Assembly (NCBI GenBank): GCA_043228905.1
Contig: JBHGNT010000017.1
Coordinates: 18,290,001-18,354,000 of the forward strand
Length of the DNA: 64,000 nt
Direction: 5' to 3'
Source: Azolla caroliniana
Taxonomy: Eukaryota > Plantae > Polypodiophyta
Shown in pieces: positions 14,426 to 28,100 of this stretch. Every line of letters starts with the position of its first letter. Position 1 is the first letter of the stretch. The position numbers and the translations under genes were made by a program. The notes beneath the pieces are model-generated. The model did not search any database, was not told the DNA's origin, and saw nothing but the letters and a program-made list of their open reading frames with translations.

Positions 14426-14712
14426 AATATGAGGAAAAGAGAGATCTAGATCTGAGAAGAAGAAAACAAAACAAAAAATAATTAATAAGTTGAATAACAA
14501 TAGTCATGACTCATACTCATATATGTACAAATGTACAAATAGAAAATAGAATAGAGAAAGCAGGGGGCCATGCAAGGAGAAATAGAGAGGAGAACTTAGA
14601 AGGGGGTCGGGTTGTACCATTGGTTGTACTTTTACTTTAACGCGGGTTGGGTTTGGTCTTTGGTCTTTCTCTTGTCCGAGTCAGATGAGGAGATGATGGG
14701 TGGGTGGGTGGG

Positions 14713-15032
14713 TGACTAACATGATTGGCTTGATGAACACGTGTATATGTTTGAGTGTTTGTGTTTGTGTGTCTGTTGGTCGTCGAAAGTGCTACCCATC
14801 ATTACCAATTGCTTCTCCATCACTTCATTGGTTTGATGAGCACATGTATAATAAGTTTGTGTGTGTCTGTTGATAGTTGAAAGTGCTACCCATCATTACC
14901 GATTGCCTCTCCTAGAGACGATGGGGGGGGGGGGGGGTGAGTGAGTCACGTGATTGGTTTGATGAACATGTGCATAAAATTGTGTGTGTGTTGGTCGTTG
15001 AAAGTGCTCGCCATCATTACCAAATGCCTCTC
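14713..15032. repeat. Three imperfect ~95-105 bp direct repeats upstream of metE
   Basis: Shared core ATTGG(C/T)TTGATGA...CA(C/T)GTG or CACATG...GTGTGT..GAAAGTGCT..CCATCATTACC at ~14713, ~14820 and ~14942. Confidence 0.8.
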
Positions 15033-18000
15033 CCTCTCTATGGGCTTCACTTTGCTTTGACTCCACCCTTTCTTTTGCTTCCCACCTCATCAAGCAACTA
15101 GGGTTGTAATTGGGAGTGCTCCAACTCTCTGTTGCCCACTACCTAGTTAGTACACACACCCTTGCATGCTTTGTGTCTTGGCCCGAAATGATTGCGCTTG
15201 TATCCTGTACGTGCTTACTGCTCGGAATCCATTTGTTCCACCATTTTCACTACGTGACCTCGAGCTTAGACTCGTGACATTCTTTACTTTTGTGAATTGT
15301 AGGCAACTTAGTTTTTCTAGCTTATAATGGGCTTATCATAGTGGCAAGTTATTACAATATTCGCATCATTGAGTTGTGGGCTCATATCCCCATTTTATAT
15401 TCCTTGAAATAGAGGTAGGATGCATCTTATTAGAGTGTCCTAAGAATCCACAAAGTCTTTGGCTAAAGTAAAGGACATGTAGGCACATTCCCAGGATGTC
15501 GTGATGAAGGATGAGGAGCATCTCATTGTACTATGTGAAGATTCAAGGGAACAAGACAGTAATATTGCTTCCCACAGTTAATCATTGCATGCACAAACCT
15601 TGCAAAACTCTCCAAGTTCAATGTTTCTAGCCTCTCAAGGACATTTGAATATCCTATCGCCTTAACGCCATGCACTCCATAGTTTATGGTTGATTGTTTT
15701 ATTTGACTCTTAGTTTTAATTAACGATGAAAAAACACATCCAACACTTACATATTTGCAAGGGTATGTAAAAGAGACCAAGGGAGAAAGATGCAACAAAT
15801 GATAAAAGCATGGGGCATGAGGATAACTAATGAACAAATTAATAAATGATTGAAATGAGAGCATTAACTTTAAGTATCATTCATAAAAGATGAACATGGG
15901 AAATTTCTAGTTTCCATTAAGAAAAACAACTCTATGAATTTAAGTTGAATGTGATGATAATAACGAGTTGTCAAACATAGATGTCCCATTGTGTCGTGCA
16001 AAAATACTCATAATCGATTATAATTTATTATGGTCAATAAAATTTGAAGAACTTATGTATTAGATTGGGATTCTAATGTTGCCATTAGTTGTTGTGAACG
16101 AAATGTATTGTTTATTTGAGATATTTTTCATCCAAATAGCTACAATTGATTTGATGGTTGTGAATAACCTTAAGTTGATTTTTCATAGCCACCAAAAGGC
16201 CTTTAATATAGTTGTTAATGTTTTCTTGTAACAAAAAACAAAGTATACAACTCACAATGATTGTTGCACGTAAGCTTTAGAGCCAATGGTGAAAGGAGCC
16301 CTAAGGAGAAGGAAGCCACATCTATCTAGTGAGGTGTGAATGTAAGGAAGTTTAAGGTAAAGGGACACATAGGAGTCAGTGTTGCATGCACTCACGAAAA
16401 GTGGTAGATGTAGATTGAGGATTGTTCACATGCCAATGAAGGGTCCTACAATTGAAGCAAAGGCATGCAAATTGAAAAATGGTAATGGTCTCTAGACCCA
16501 AGGAAGATGGAAAAAGAGACACCAAAAACATGCCAAAGTGTGACTTGACTCTCTCCAATATGAGAGAACATTGAGGTTGAAGGCATCTTTGAATGGGGTA
16601 CGACCCATTTATAGCATAGGAGGAGAACATAGAGGCCAAAGGCATGTTGCATGTGAGAGAAAAAGATAGAGGTTGAAGGTGGGGCACGACCCACTATAGT
16701 ATTGGAGGAGAACATAGAGGTTGAAGGGCATGCCACATTGTCATTAGACATGATCCCTAAGGGTCAAGGACACCAGTTGTGGTCATGGTAAATGTGACCA
16801 TACTTAACATGTTGTCATGGGGATTAGAGAGATAGAGAGAAGACACTATGTGTGTGGTTGATGTCCCAATGAGAACTCCACACCTACGTGTGAAAAGGGA
16901 GGGGATATAGTATGGTTCTCATGTAACAAGTTATTAGGAGGTTCCCACTTGGATCAAATAAATGAAACCACAATCAAACTCGATCGATTTCTTGTTTTTG
17001 CCAATTCCCCTCTAGAAAGAGCCCCAACAAGATCTCATGAGATGAGGAACAATGACAACCATTACATGCAAAAGTTCATGGACCAAAATCTCTTAAACTC
17101 GCATCATTATCATACCATTTTCTTATTTAAAAGAAAAACAACATTTATCTTTTGTCTTAATTAATTATAACTTCTTTCTTATGAGATCTGAAATACATTT
17201 TGCTTGAATATTTTAAGAATTCACAAAGTCAAATTAATAACATGCCTTATGAGAAAAGGACAAATCATTGTCTCCCCTTGCCCAAGGTTGCTTTCATAAT
17301 AATTGCATGAAATATAAAAAGAGTGGAGTTTGGTTGATGAACACAAAAGCTTTCTTTTTATCTAATAATTTACAATATACTACTAAGCTCAAGTTGGATC
17401 ATGGATACATGATGATGCATGGGCCATAGTTGTATAACGGATGGGTCATGCATAGGTTTTGGATGTTTCGTGCACAAGGTCATGGAAAGAAAAACAAGCA
17501 CAATTTTTAAGCATCAAAGCCCATTTTCATGAGGAAAAAACTCACATCCTGGATCCAAAATCTTGTGTGCCATGTGCTTGCATAAATGAATACACCCTTA
17601 GCTCATTCATATTGTTCATGTAAATCTTTTTCCATGCATATACACTTTGAAGGAGAAGCTTCCTGACTTGGATAGACATGACTTTTTTCAAGTATTGCTT
17701 CCTAGAAACCCCCAAATTTAATGAGTTATTTATACATTGTTCTTCACTAAACTTTTCCAACTCTTATTGTTAGACATAATAAAGGAGCATTCAATAAATT
17801 CACCCCAATGTTGTTGAAAACCACACTCAAGTATGCTCAAACAATGGTAAGAAACATAGTCAACCTAATGAACATCGCCCTACTAGATCACAATGTGTAA
17901 ACATATGATAAGAGTCTCTTTTGCAAACCCTTTCATAAGATTCTCTTTAAAAAATCAAGCTTATCTTGATAAGCCAATATATGATAGTATACTACATAGT

Positions 18001-20177
18001 ATCTTGTTTTCTTTCTTTTTCCCTAATGAAAAGCAAACAAGTCATTGTAAGACAATGAGTAATTAATTAATGAATTATACCAATGATTCATAATATAAGT
18101 ATATTCTCGTTAGTACATTTTGTGATATTTCGAATCGTCCTCTCGAGTACCATCCAATGAGATGTCCACTATTGGCTACTACAATGAGCTTTGGTTTGTA
18201 ATATGTTCATTTTTAACCTACAACGGTGAATACTCAGTCGCCATATGTTCCACTATACTTTATTTGACATGGTATAGAGGCATGGATCAAGTATATGGTT
18301 GTGTCCACTTTTACAAATTCTTATGTTTTTCGATTCCAACCATCATCAAACATCAGTCTTGAATGTTATATCCAAGGAAGCAATAATAATATAAAACAAA
18401 TCAGAGGCATGCTCGTGTTAAAACCTTGCCAATTCAAAAGTATGATTATGAAGTGTAGATTAGTTAGAAAGTCACCATGCATTGCGTACACAATGTACAC
18501 AATTGACATTATATAGTTTTTTTTTATGGAGCATGTGTGATATCGTTTTTCATTGCCCAATGCCGACAATGCGTATATCCATAAATTCTTTGGCTTTTCT
18601 CCAAAAGTAAAGTGAATGTTGTTCAATATAGTGTCAAGTGTTTGTTGTTCAATATAGCCATTAGTCAGTGTTGATATGTGTCAAGTGAATTTTTTGTCAT
18701 TAACCCCAAGGAGTAGGATATCATTTTACGACTTTAGTGAGACAATATTCATCCAATGAATGTCATACAAGCCATTGGATTCAAAACACGATGTAATGCG
18801 TTGCCATTTGTTTCTAAATGTAATGATGGATTGGCCTTTAGAAATGTGTGGCTTTGACCATAATGTTAATGACTGTAATTAGCACTTGTTATGCTCGTTT
18901 CTAAAAGAATGATTTATGCGAAAGGTATGAGCTAATACTTCTTAGAATGTGATAGACAAAACAAAATTCTAGGTTCTTACAAGAAATGTAGAGTACAAGA
19001 AAACACATCAACTTTAAAATGTTACAATATGTACCTCTTAATGAGTTGGTACCATTGAAAAACGTACATTGATGTTAAAACATTCATTAACTTTGTAATT
19101 ATAAATGTTCACCATTAAAGTTATGAATTTCAATTCAAATTGACTATATACAATGTAGTAGTTGCATTTTCATCAATGAGTGTTAGAATTACGATGACCA
19201 TTTTCACAAATGTTTCATATACCATGTTTTTTTAGAATGGAAAGTAATATTTGTACTTGGGGGTGCGAGCTAAACAAAATCATGTAGTTTTTTCAATAGT
19301 CACAAACATATATAGGTACGAAGATGCACTGCACTATTCTAATGCACTTAAAGAAGCACATAAGCGTGTATTTGTCACCGTCGTATGCTCAAAATATGTA
19401 TGCCTATGGTGTTTAAACTTTAGAGGCATGATCATTCATTGAGTTTTGCATACATGGCATACAAATCATAGTCTCAAAAATATAAGTGAAGAAAACAAAT
19501 TGATGACTTCACATGCATTTTCTTACTTTGTTTCAAATATGTATGTACAACTTCTAGTTGTGAAGACATAAATTATGTTGAAAATATACTGAATGTTCAC
19601 AAAGAAATGTAGAAATAGTGATTGGTCACGTCCATCAACATGGAGGCTATCATTTAATCCTATGTGGCGTAATGCTAGGACATGATTGTTCCTACCTAAC
19701 CGTGTGGATAGATGATAATGTTCATTTTCTTCATATGAACCCAACCTAAGGCATTACCATGCATGTCATGTTAACATTTGGTTGTTGCAATATAAAGGTG
19801 CAACCCTACCTAAAAAGAGTGACATGAGCTTTCCTCTTGAAAAGAGATTAGAAGGTTGCCGCCATTATTGGCAAATGTTTTGAAAGGGAGCATGTGACCT
19901 ATTTCACACCTTGCCTAACTTGAGTAGAGTAGAATTACACTAGTGGCTTGTGCATGACCTTGATTGTCGCAATACAAAGTGTGATCCTACGTAAAAGGAA
20001 GATGTGGCTAATATAATCACAAAATGATCTCCTTATCAATATAATAGATTACCCAAATAAGGGCACCTCATTATGTGAGAAGTGGATTCCACAGAGGGGC
20101 TCTACATCCCCCACCCAAAATGCAAAGGACTTGTTTCAATTGACCAGTGCACCTGAAGCCTTACAAAATGTGGATAT

Positions 20178-20800
20178 TGTCATGATATGGCAAGCAGGAT
20201 TTAAACCCATGACCTCCCATGACCTTATGTTACATGGGTCAAGCTCTTGACCATTATACTATATATTATAATACAAAGGATATTATTTTCATTTAAGTTT
20301 TATTATATAAAATTGATGTATATTCCAGATTTCTCTAGAACATTCTAGAAACTTTAGGAGTACTCTTGAGAACACAATAAAAGGAGGCACAAGGTATTAT
20401 TTCTAACCAAATCAGTTCAACGCTAGTCTTAAGCCTCCTACCCATTATTCTATATTCTTTTCACATAATATATCACTGCCATCATCATTTTCTCTGTCTT
20501 TGTCTCTCCTTCTCTCGAGTGTTCTACACCCTCTTTTCCTCTTAGTACTAATTTCCTCTTTGTCTCAGTACTATTCCTGACAATTTGAACCGATTTTGGT
20601 CCTCTCCTCTTACTTTTATCTTCTTACGTCTCCCCCCCTTCATACTAATCTCTTATTCCTCTTTCCTCTCATCCTATGGCCACTATTAGCACTCAAGAAT
20701 ATCAATTCGTTTTCTCAGAGTTACAATGCTTGAAAGAGAAGTTCCTTGCTTTGGAACAAGAAAATCAACGGTTGTTGGGGGATCTTCAACAAATCTCCTT
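20178..20800 (+). mobile_element. Truncated Tcn1-like Ty3/gypsy element A1: LTR (20178-20582), PBS, 5'UTR and start of gag
   Basis: TGTCATGATATGG...TTCCTGACA LTR, homologous to the LTRs of the element at 41850-47916; PBS TTGAACCGATT at 20585-20595; gag start [22 protein letters not shown]. Confidence 0.85.
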
Positions 20801-23524
20801 GACGCATTAATGAGACCGAATGGCATGAACGTATACTCGAAGTGCCCCCGAAGTGCCCATATCCAGTGTGAAACACGGTCTTCCATTCATCTCCTTGTCG
20901 GATCCGTACGAGGTTATATGCTCCTCGTAAGTCGATCTTTGTGAAGAACCTTGCACCATTGATTTGTTCTAAAAGACTTGAAATAAGGGGAAGTGCATAC
21001 ATATTCATGATGGTGACCTTATTCAAGCCACGGTAATCTGCGATGAGATGTAGTGATCCATCCTTTTTCTTGACGAAGAAAATGGGTGCGCCAGCTGGAG
21101 ATTTCGAATGTCGAATGAAACCATTTGCCAAATTCTCATCTATATAGGCTCGAAGGACTTCTAGCTAGGTTGGTGACAAGTTGTAGATCGGTCCCCATGG
21201 TGGCTCTTTTCCAGGTTGTAAATCAATGGGGCAATCATACGGTCGATGGTGAGGAAGCGTATTGGCTTGTACTTTATCGAACACATCAGCATAATGACGA
21301 TACTTCTCTGGAAGTTGAATGGTGGACTCCTCTTTAGTGGTGTTGGAGGGTTTTACTGATACTGTGAAGAGAAACATTTATTCCTTCTGTCCTTCCTCAC
21401 ACAACTGATGTAGTGAAATGGTTGCAATCTTATGAGTAGATCCTCGGGTTTGTCGATACTAGATTTCTCTTGTTCTCTAATCTATGTCTAGGTTATGTAA
21501 TTCGAACCATGGTAATCCCAAAAACAATGGGATGTTTTGGGATACTAATTATATTAAATGATACTACACATGCTAAGTTATCTAGGGCAATATTAACTGG
21601 CTCTAACTCTTCTATGATATTTCTGGAAGCAATGGGACGACCATCAATGACTACTACAGAGGCTGGACACGGGAGTTTTCTTAGGGATATTTGATGAGCT
21701 TGGGAAAAATTCCTATCCATGAAGCAAGAATTAGCTCCAGAATCTAGGAGTGCTAAGACATGTACCGGAGGGGTACTTTTAGTACTAACGATTACTTGAG
21801 CTAAGAACACATTGCTAAGTTGCTTAGAGGGAATGGAACCACTAATGGGTTGCACAGATCTAGGGTTGTCCAACCAAACGACTCCTATTTTGGCTGGACT
21901 TAGTCGTTTAACTCTTCTTCTAACTGACTAAGGACATCAAATTTGCTTGATAGATTTGGGCTACTATTAGGACTATCAGATATTCCCACTGAAATAGACT
22001 CAGGTTTATTACAATTAGAACTAGCAACTATTTGGTTTACCTGTCTTCTTGGCCTATGGGGACAATTCACTACAATATGCCTTGATCCATCGCAATAAAG
22101 ACATAGTTGATTTGCTCGGTGTCGTTGCTTTTCCTCTTCCGATAATAGTCCGCAATGACGTGTAGTGTCAATTTCCATCGGAGTTGGAGTATTCACTGGA
22201 GACGCATTATATTACTCCCTTGGAAAAGGTTTTGCTACCATTGAGGCATAGGTGGGCTCTGATCTTGCCCTTGGCATCTAGAACTGACGTTCCGAATGTC
22301 ATTCGAAAAGGTGGTTGTTGCATCTCACTGCGCGACTGATTGCTTATGTCAATGACTTTGGTTCTTCGGGGAAGGTCAAGAGTAAATCCTTGACATCGTT
22401 ACGTAGACCATAACGAAATTGCTCCATTAATGCTTGGTCATCCTAGGGGATATCAGAGGTGAGTAGATGGAAATCTGTAGCGTATGCTGAGGCTGGGCGA
22501 TCACCTTGACGTAATCGTCAGATTTTGTTGATTGTTTTCCTTATGCTGTCAGTATCTCCAAAACATGTTTTAAACTTAGTTATAAACTCTTCAAATTTGT
22601 TTAGTAATGGAGATTCCTTTTCTAACAATGGAGCGGACCATGCCAAAGCTGAGCCACATAAAAACGTGCCTACTAAACCCACTCGTGATGCATCGGTGGG
22701 ATATCGAGAAGGATGCATTTGAATGACTAATTGTACTTGATTAAGGAATTCTCTAAACTATGATCGCGTACCATTGAATTTCATGAGAAGGCCAATCTTG
22801 GGTTCTTTATGAATCCCTTGTGTACTGGGTCCTTGTTGTTGCATCACTACAATGGTTGCTTCGAGTTGTTGCATGCGTAACGCTAGTTCCCCATGTTGTT
22901 GTTGTGTCTACTGGTTTTCTAAGGAGATTTGTTGAAGATCCCCCAACAACCGTTGATTTTCTTGTTCCAACGCAAGGAACTTCTCTATCAAGCATTGTAA
23001 CTCTGAGAAAACGGATTGATATTCTTGAGCGCTAACAGTAGCCATAGGATGAGAGGAAAGAGGAACAAGAGATTAGTATGAAGGGAGGGAGACGTAAGAA
23101 GATAAAAGGACGAGGAGAGGACCAAAATCGGTTCAAATTGTTAGGAATAGTACTGAGACAGAGAGGAAATTAGTACTAAGAGGAAAAAAAGGGTGTCGAA
23201 CACTCGAGAGAAGGAGAGAGAGAGAAAATGATGATGACAATGATATATTATGTGAAAAGAATATACAAGGATGGCTAGGAGGCTTAAGATTGGCGTTGAA
23301 CCGATTTGGTTTGAAATAATACCTTGTACCTCCTTTTATAGTGTTCTCAGGAGTACTCCTGAAGTTTTTAGAATGTTCCAGAGAAATCTGGAATATACAT
23401 CAATTTTATATAGTAAAACTTAAATGAAAATAATATTCTTCATATTACAATATATAGTCTAATGGTCAAGAGTTCAATCCATGTAACATAAGGTCATGGG
23501 TTTGAATCCTACCATATCATGATA
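20801..23524 (-). mobile_element. Truncated Tcn1-like Ty3/gypsy element A2: 5' LTR (23524-23139), gag, protease and 5' part of RT; degenerate
   Basis: gag CCHC knuckle CLYCDGSRHIVVNC, protease LLDSGA, RT fragments [25 protein letters not shown] and MPFGL; multiple stops. Confidence 0.9.
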
Positions 23525-25123
23525 GGTTGAAGAAGATCGTAGGGATGATCATGTATTGCTTTGGCACGGGAACATGTATCACATGTTTTCACGAATTTTT
23601 TTACAAGTTTCCAAGGTTGTGGCCACCAATAACTTCTAGAGATTAACTCCAAAGTTTTTGCAACACCAAAATGTCCAACTAGGACATCATTATGTCACTC
23701 CTTCATGATACAGATACGACAAGGACCATCTAGGACATACATTAAGTTGTTCCGGAAAAGAAAAACACCCCGAAACATAAATTGTTCATGGATATTTCGT
23801 ACCTCCCTTATGGTTGAGTTATTGGCTCGATTCTCCTTAACCTCTTTTGCAAATTTGTCGTTGGCAATATCTGTCGCTATTGCATTGAGTAATGATTAAT
23901 CCGTGCCCATATAAGTTGCAAAGAGTTGCATCTGAGTGGTTGTAGGAGACAACATGATTGTTGATTGTAGATCGCATCTCCTGGCTAGATTTCGAATTCC
24001 GAATGCCAAGATAGGGCATCAGCTTTACCATGTTAGACACCAGGACGAAAAACAATTTCAAAGTCATAATCATCCAGGAAGGTCGACCATCGTGCTTGCC
24101 TCCGGTTCAAAATGCGAGTAGTGGTGAAGTAGACAAGGTTCTTGTGATCGGTCACCACCTGGACACGGTGTTGGGCGCTCGCCAAGTAAGGACGCCATTC
24201 TTCAAAGGCAGAAATAATGACAGAGAGTTATTTGTCGTAAATTGGGTAATTGATCTCAGGGGGTGTGAACTTTCGAGAATAAAAGACAACAAGATGAAGG
24301 ATCCCATTGTTGTCTGATTGAGAGAGAATGGCACCGATGGTGAAGTCAGAGGCATCAGTTTCAATCGTAAATGGTTTGGTCTAATTTGGGTGTAAAAGTA
24401 TTGGAGCCAAGGTAAAAGCTTTCTTTAGGGTCTCGAATGCCAATTGGGTTGTAGGAGTCCAGCAAAAAGGAGAATCTTTCCGAGTGAGTGCTATAAGGGG
24501 TTGCGCCAATGTAGAGAATCATTGAATGAATCAACGATAGAAGTTGGCAAAACCCAAAAATGATTGCACATCCTTGACCCTGGTGGGGAATTCCCACTCT
24601 TGAATTGTTGTGACTTTCTTCTTGTCCATAGTGAGACCATCAGATGAAATAACATACCCAAGGAATTCAAGTGAGGTTTGATCAAACTCACACTTCTCAG
24701 GTTTTGCATAAAGTCCATGTTCCCGAAGTTTGGGCAGGATAAGTCAGACGTGCTTCGTGTGCTCTATGTAGTCCTGTGAGAAGATAAGTATGTCGTTGAG
24801 ATAGATGACCACAAATTGGTCTAGATATTCTCGGAAGATATCATTCATCATATGTTGAAAAATGGCAGGAGTGTTTGTGAGACCAAATGGCATTAATGTG
24901 TATTCAAAATGCCCGCACCTGGTTCGAAATACGGTTTTCCACTCATCTCCAAGCTTGATACGCACCAAGTTTTAGGCGCCTCTGAGATCGCTTTTGGAAA
25001 ATATACACCCCGCCCGAAGTCAGTTGAGGAGTTCAGGGATTAGAGATAGTGGATAACGGTTTCGATCCGTGACTTGAGTGAGCCCGCGATAGTCGATACA
25101 TAAGCTTAACATACCGTCTTTCT

Positions 25124-28100
25124 TGTTGGGATTACGGTCCCTTCTGATGGGATGGTCGGATGTCGGAGATGAATGCCGACAAGCCCGGTTGCGGTTTCGG
25201 AACCGGATGATGAAGACCCCGACTTCGGAGCCGGACGACGAATGTACCCGGAGAGAGATCCGGATGCGGGGACATATCTGTGAATATGTTTGCCAAGGGC
25301 CCTTGAGGCTATAGTTGTAAATAGCCCTAAAGTCATATGTGTATAAATATGACTTAGGGCAAACAGTTTTGACGTTGCTACTCATTTTTCTGTTTTTCCA
25401 CTCAAGAGGAGTGAAGAGAGAGCAGCCGCGAGAGAGATAGAGCGTGAGAGAGGAAGAGGTCGACGCCTCTGTGTATTTTCGCCGCCTGTGGCGAGGACAG
25501 CGAGCTCAAGGTCGTCGTTTTGCAGCTCGCCATTGTATATTTCTCTGTGCATAGTTTTGGTTCGGAGTCTTGTACTCCCGTGGTTTTTCCCGTACAGGGT
25601 TTTCCACGTTAAATCGTGTGTCCATTCTATTTTTCGCATTTCCCATTTTCTGCAACAACGATTCGTGTGTTTCCTTGGTTGTGGCCGAGAGGTGAATTTT
25701 GGAAAGTGTCGATTGATTTTCCATCAATTTGGTATCAGAGCAAGCTGCTGCAGAAAATGGAAGGCGGCGGCAACGGGCAGCCGGGGATGATGGTGCTGAA
25801 TGCGCAGAATTACGCCGACTGGAAGATCAAGATGGAGGATCTTCTGATTGTTCGGGACCTGTACGAACCGATTGACAGGTCGGAAATACCGAAGGGGGTA
25901 CTTGAGTTGGAATGGAGGCTTCTGAACCGGAAAGCCGTTGCAACCATTCGGCAATACGTGGACGTGAGCGTTCTACAACATGTGGCGAACGACACCAACG
26001 CATATGAGATGTGGCGGAAGCTGTCGGGCCTCTACGAGAGGAAGAATGCGTTGAACCGGACCTCCCTGATGAGGAAGATAGTGAACCTCAAGTACCGGGA
26101 CGGCGAGAGTATGGTGGAACACGTAAGCACGTTCATGGGATTCGTGAACCAGCTTGCGGCGATCAAGTTCCCGCTGGAGGATGCAATGCAAGCCATCATT
26201 CTGATGTGCACACTGCCGGAAAGCTGGGAGAACTGGTGGTGACTCTCAGCACCTCCTGCACGGAAGATAACTTGTCCCTACAAACGGTAAAGACAAGTAT
26301 TTTGAACGAAGAAGCGCGTCGGAGAGATAAAGAACCGGCCTCCGACTCGAAGGCGCTGCTTACCGAATCGGATCGGGGAAGACAATGGAACCGGAGTCCG
26401 CAAAGACGGGAGAAGTCGGGGACCCGGTCGCAGTCAAGAGGAAGGCCCACAGGCTTCCACTGTGGGAAGCCGGGGCACTTCCGGAAGAATTGTCGGCATT
26501 ACCGAAAGGACAACGGAGCCGACGACACCGATTCGAAGAAGTCACCGGAGAGAAACGGTGCATACCGGGGAGCCACGGACCGGAGAGGTCCGGATCGGCG
26601 AGGGCAGGACCGGAAAGGAACGACGGCACTCGCGGCAAGTGAAGAAGAGATAATGCTCATTACCGAAGAGAGGGAGCTGAATCTTGCCGGTGAAGAGATG
26701 ACCTGGGTGGTCGATTCCGGAGCGTCGTTCCACCTGACCCCGGAGAAGAAATACTTCTCATCCTACACAACCGGTGAGCACGGCTGTGTTCGGATGGGAA
26801 ATGAAGGTACGTGCCGGATTTCCGGCATAGGAGACGTGTGGTTGACAACCCCGACCGGATGCAAAATGCTGCTGAAGGATGTCCGACACGTTCCGGAGGT
26901 TCGATTGAACCTGATTTCGGCCGGGAGGCTAGACGATGAAGGCTACACAGGTAGCATCCGGAACGGCGTAATGAAGTTCAGCAAGGGGAGCCTGATAGTG
27001 GCTCGGGCCCGGAAAGTCAACACACTGTACCTTATGAATGCCTGGTTGTGTCCGGAAGAGTTGAACGTGGCAGCCGACACTGCCGGTGAGCTGTGGCACA
27101 AGAGACTGTGCCACATGAGTGAGAAGGGGATGAAGAGGCTTGCAGAAGACAACCTTATTCCAGTGAAGCATGTGCACCTGGAGAAGTGCACCGATTGCCT
27201 GGCCGGTAAGCAGAACCGAACCTCCTTCCACTCAAGGCCACCGACGAGACGTAGTGCACCATTGGAGTTGGTGCACACTGACGTGTGTCAAGTAGAAACG
27301 AAGTCACATGGCGGAGCCCAGTACTTCGTAACATTCATTGATGATCACAGCCGGAAGCTGTGGACGGCACCGTTGAAGACAAAGGACCAAGTGTTGTGCG
27401 TCTTCAAAGAACTCCACGCGAGAGTGGAAAGGGAATCCGGCAAGAAGCTGAAAGCGATACGAGCGGATAACGGAGGGGAATACCGGGGGCAGTTCGCGGA
27501 GTACTGTCGCTCGAAGGGAATCCGGCTCGAGTTTACTGTGCCGAAGACGCCGGAACTGAACGGGCTGGCCGAGAGGATGAACCGGACCATAATGGAGAGG
27601 GTCCGGAGTATGCTGGCGCATGCGAAATTACCCAAGGGGTTTTGGGCTGAGGCAATGTCGACGGCGACATACGTGATAAACAGATCACCCTCAGTACCTT
27701 TGGACGGAGACACGCCGCAGAGAGTGTGGACCGGCAGGGAAGTATCCTACCGGCATCTGAAGGTGTTCGGGTGTCTCGCATATGTGCATGTGGCTAAGGA
27801 CCGGAGAGGAAAGCTAGATCCAAAGACCCGGCCATGCATATTCCTCGGTTACGGCGATGACGAGTTCGGCTACCGAGTATGGGACCCGGTCGACAAGAAG
27901 ATATTCCGGAGTCGTGATATCATCTTCATGGAGAACAAGACACTCGCCAACTGGGAGTCGGAGAAGAAGATGAAGAGCTCCAAGTCGACCGGTGAGGATC
28001 AACTCTACGAGGAGCAGTCCCGACCGGCAAGGGACCGGTTAGCACTCGAGGATCCGGCCGAAGACGGTGAAGAAACAGAACCGGCCGAAGAAGATGAAAA

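Noticed and set aside
15500-20100. Possible decayed transposase or SINE fragments and short degenerate repeats (~16560-16730)
   Set aside because: No diagnostic motifs or termini that I could support.
20173-23529. A single inverted-repeat transposon or DIRS-like element
   Set aside because: No TSD, no transposase or tyrosine recombinase; both arms are ordinary 5' ends of the same gypsy family.
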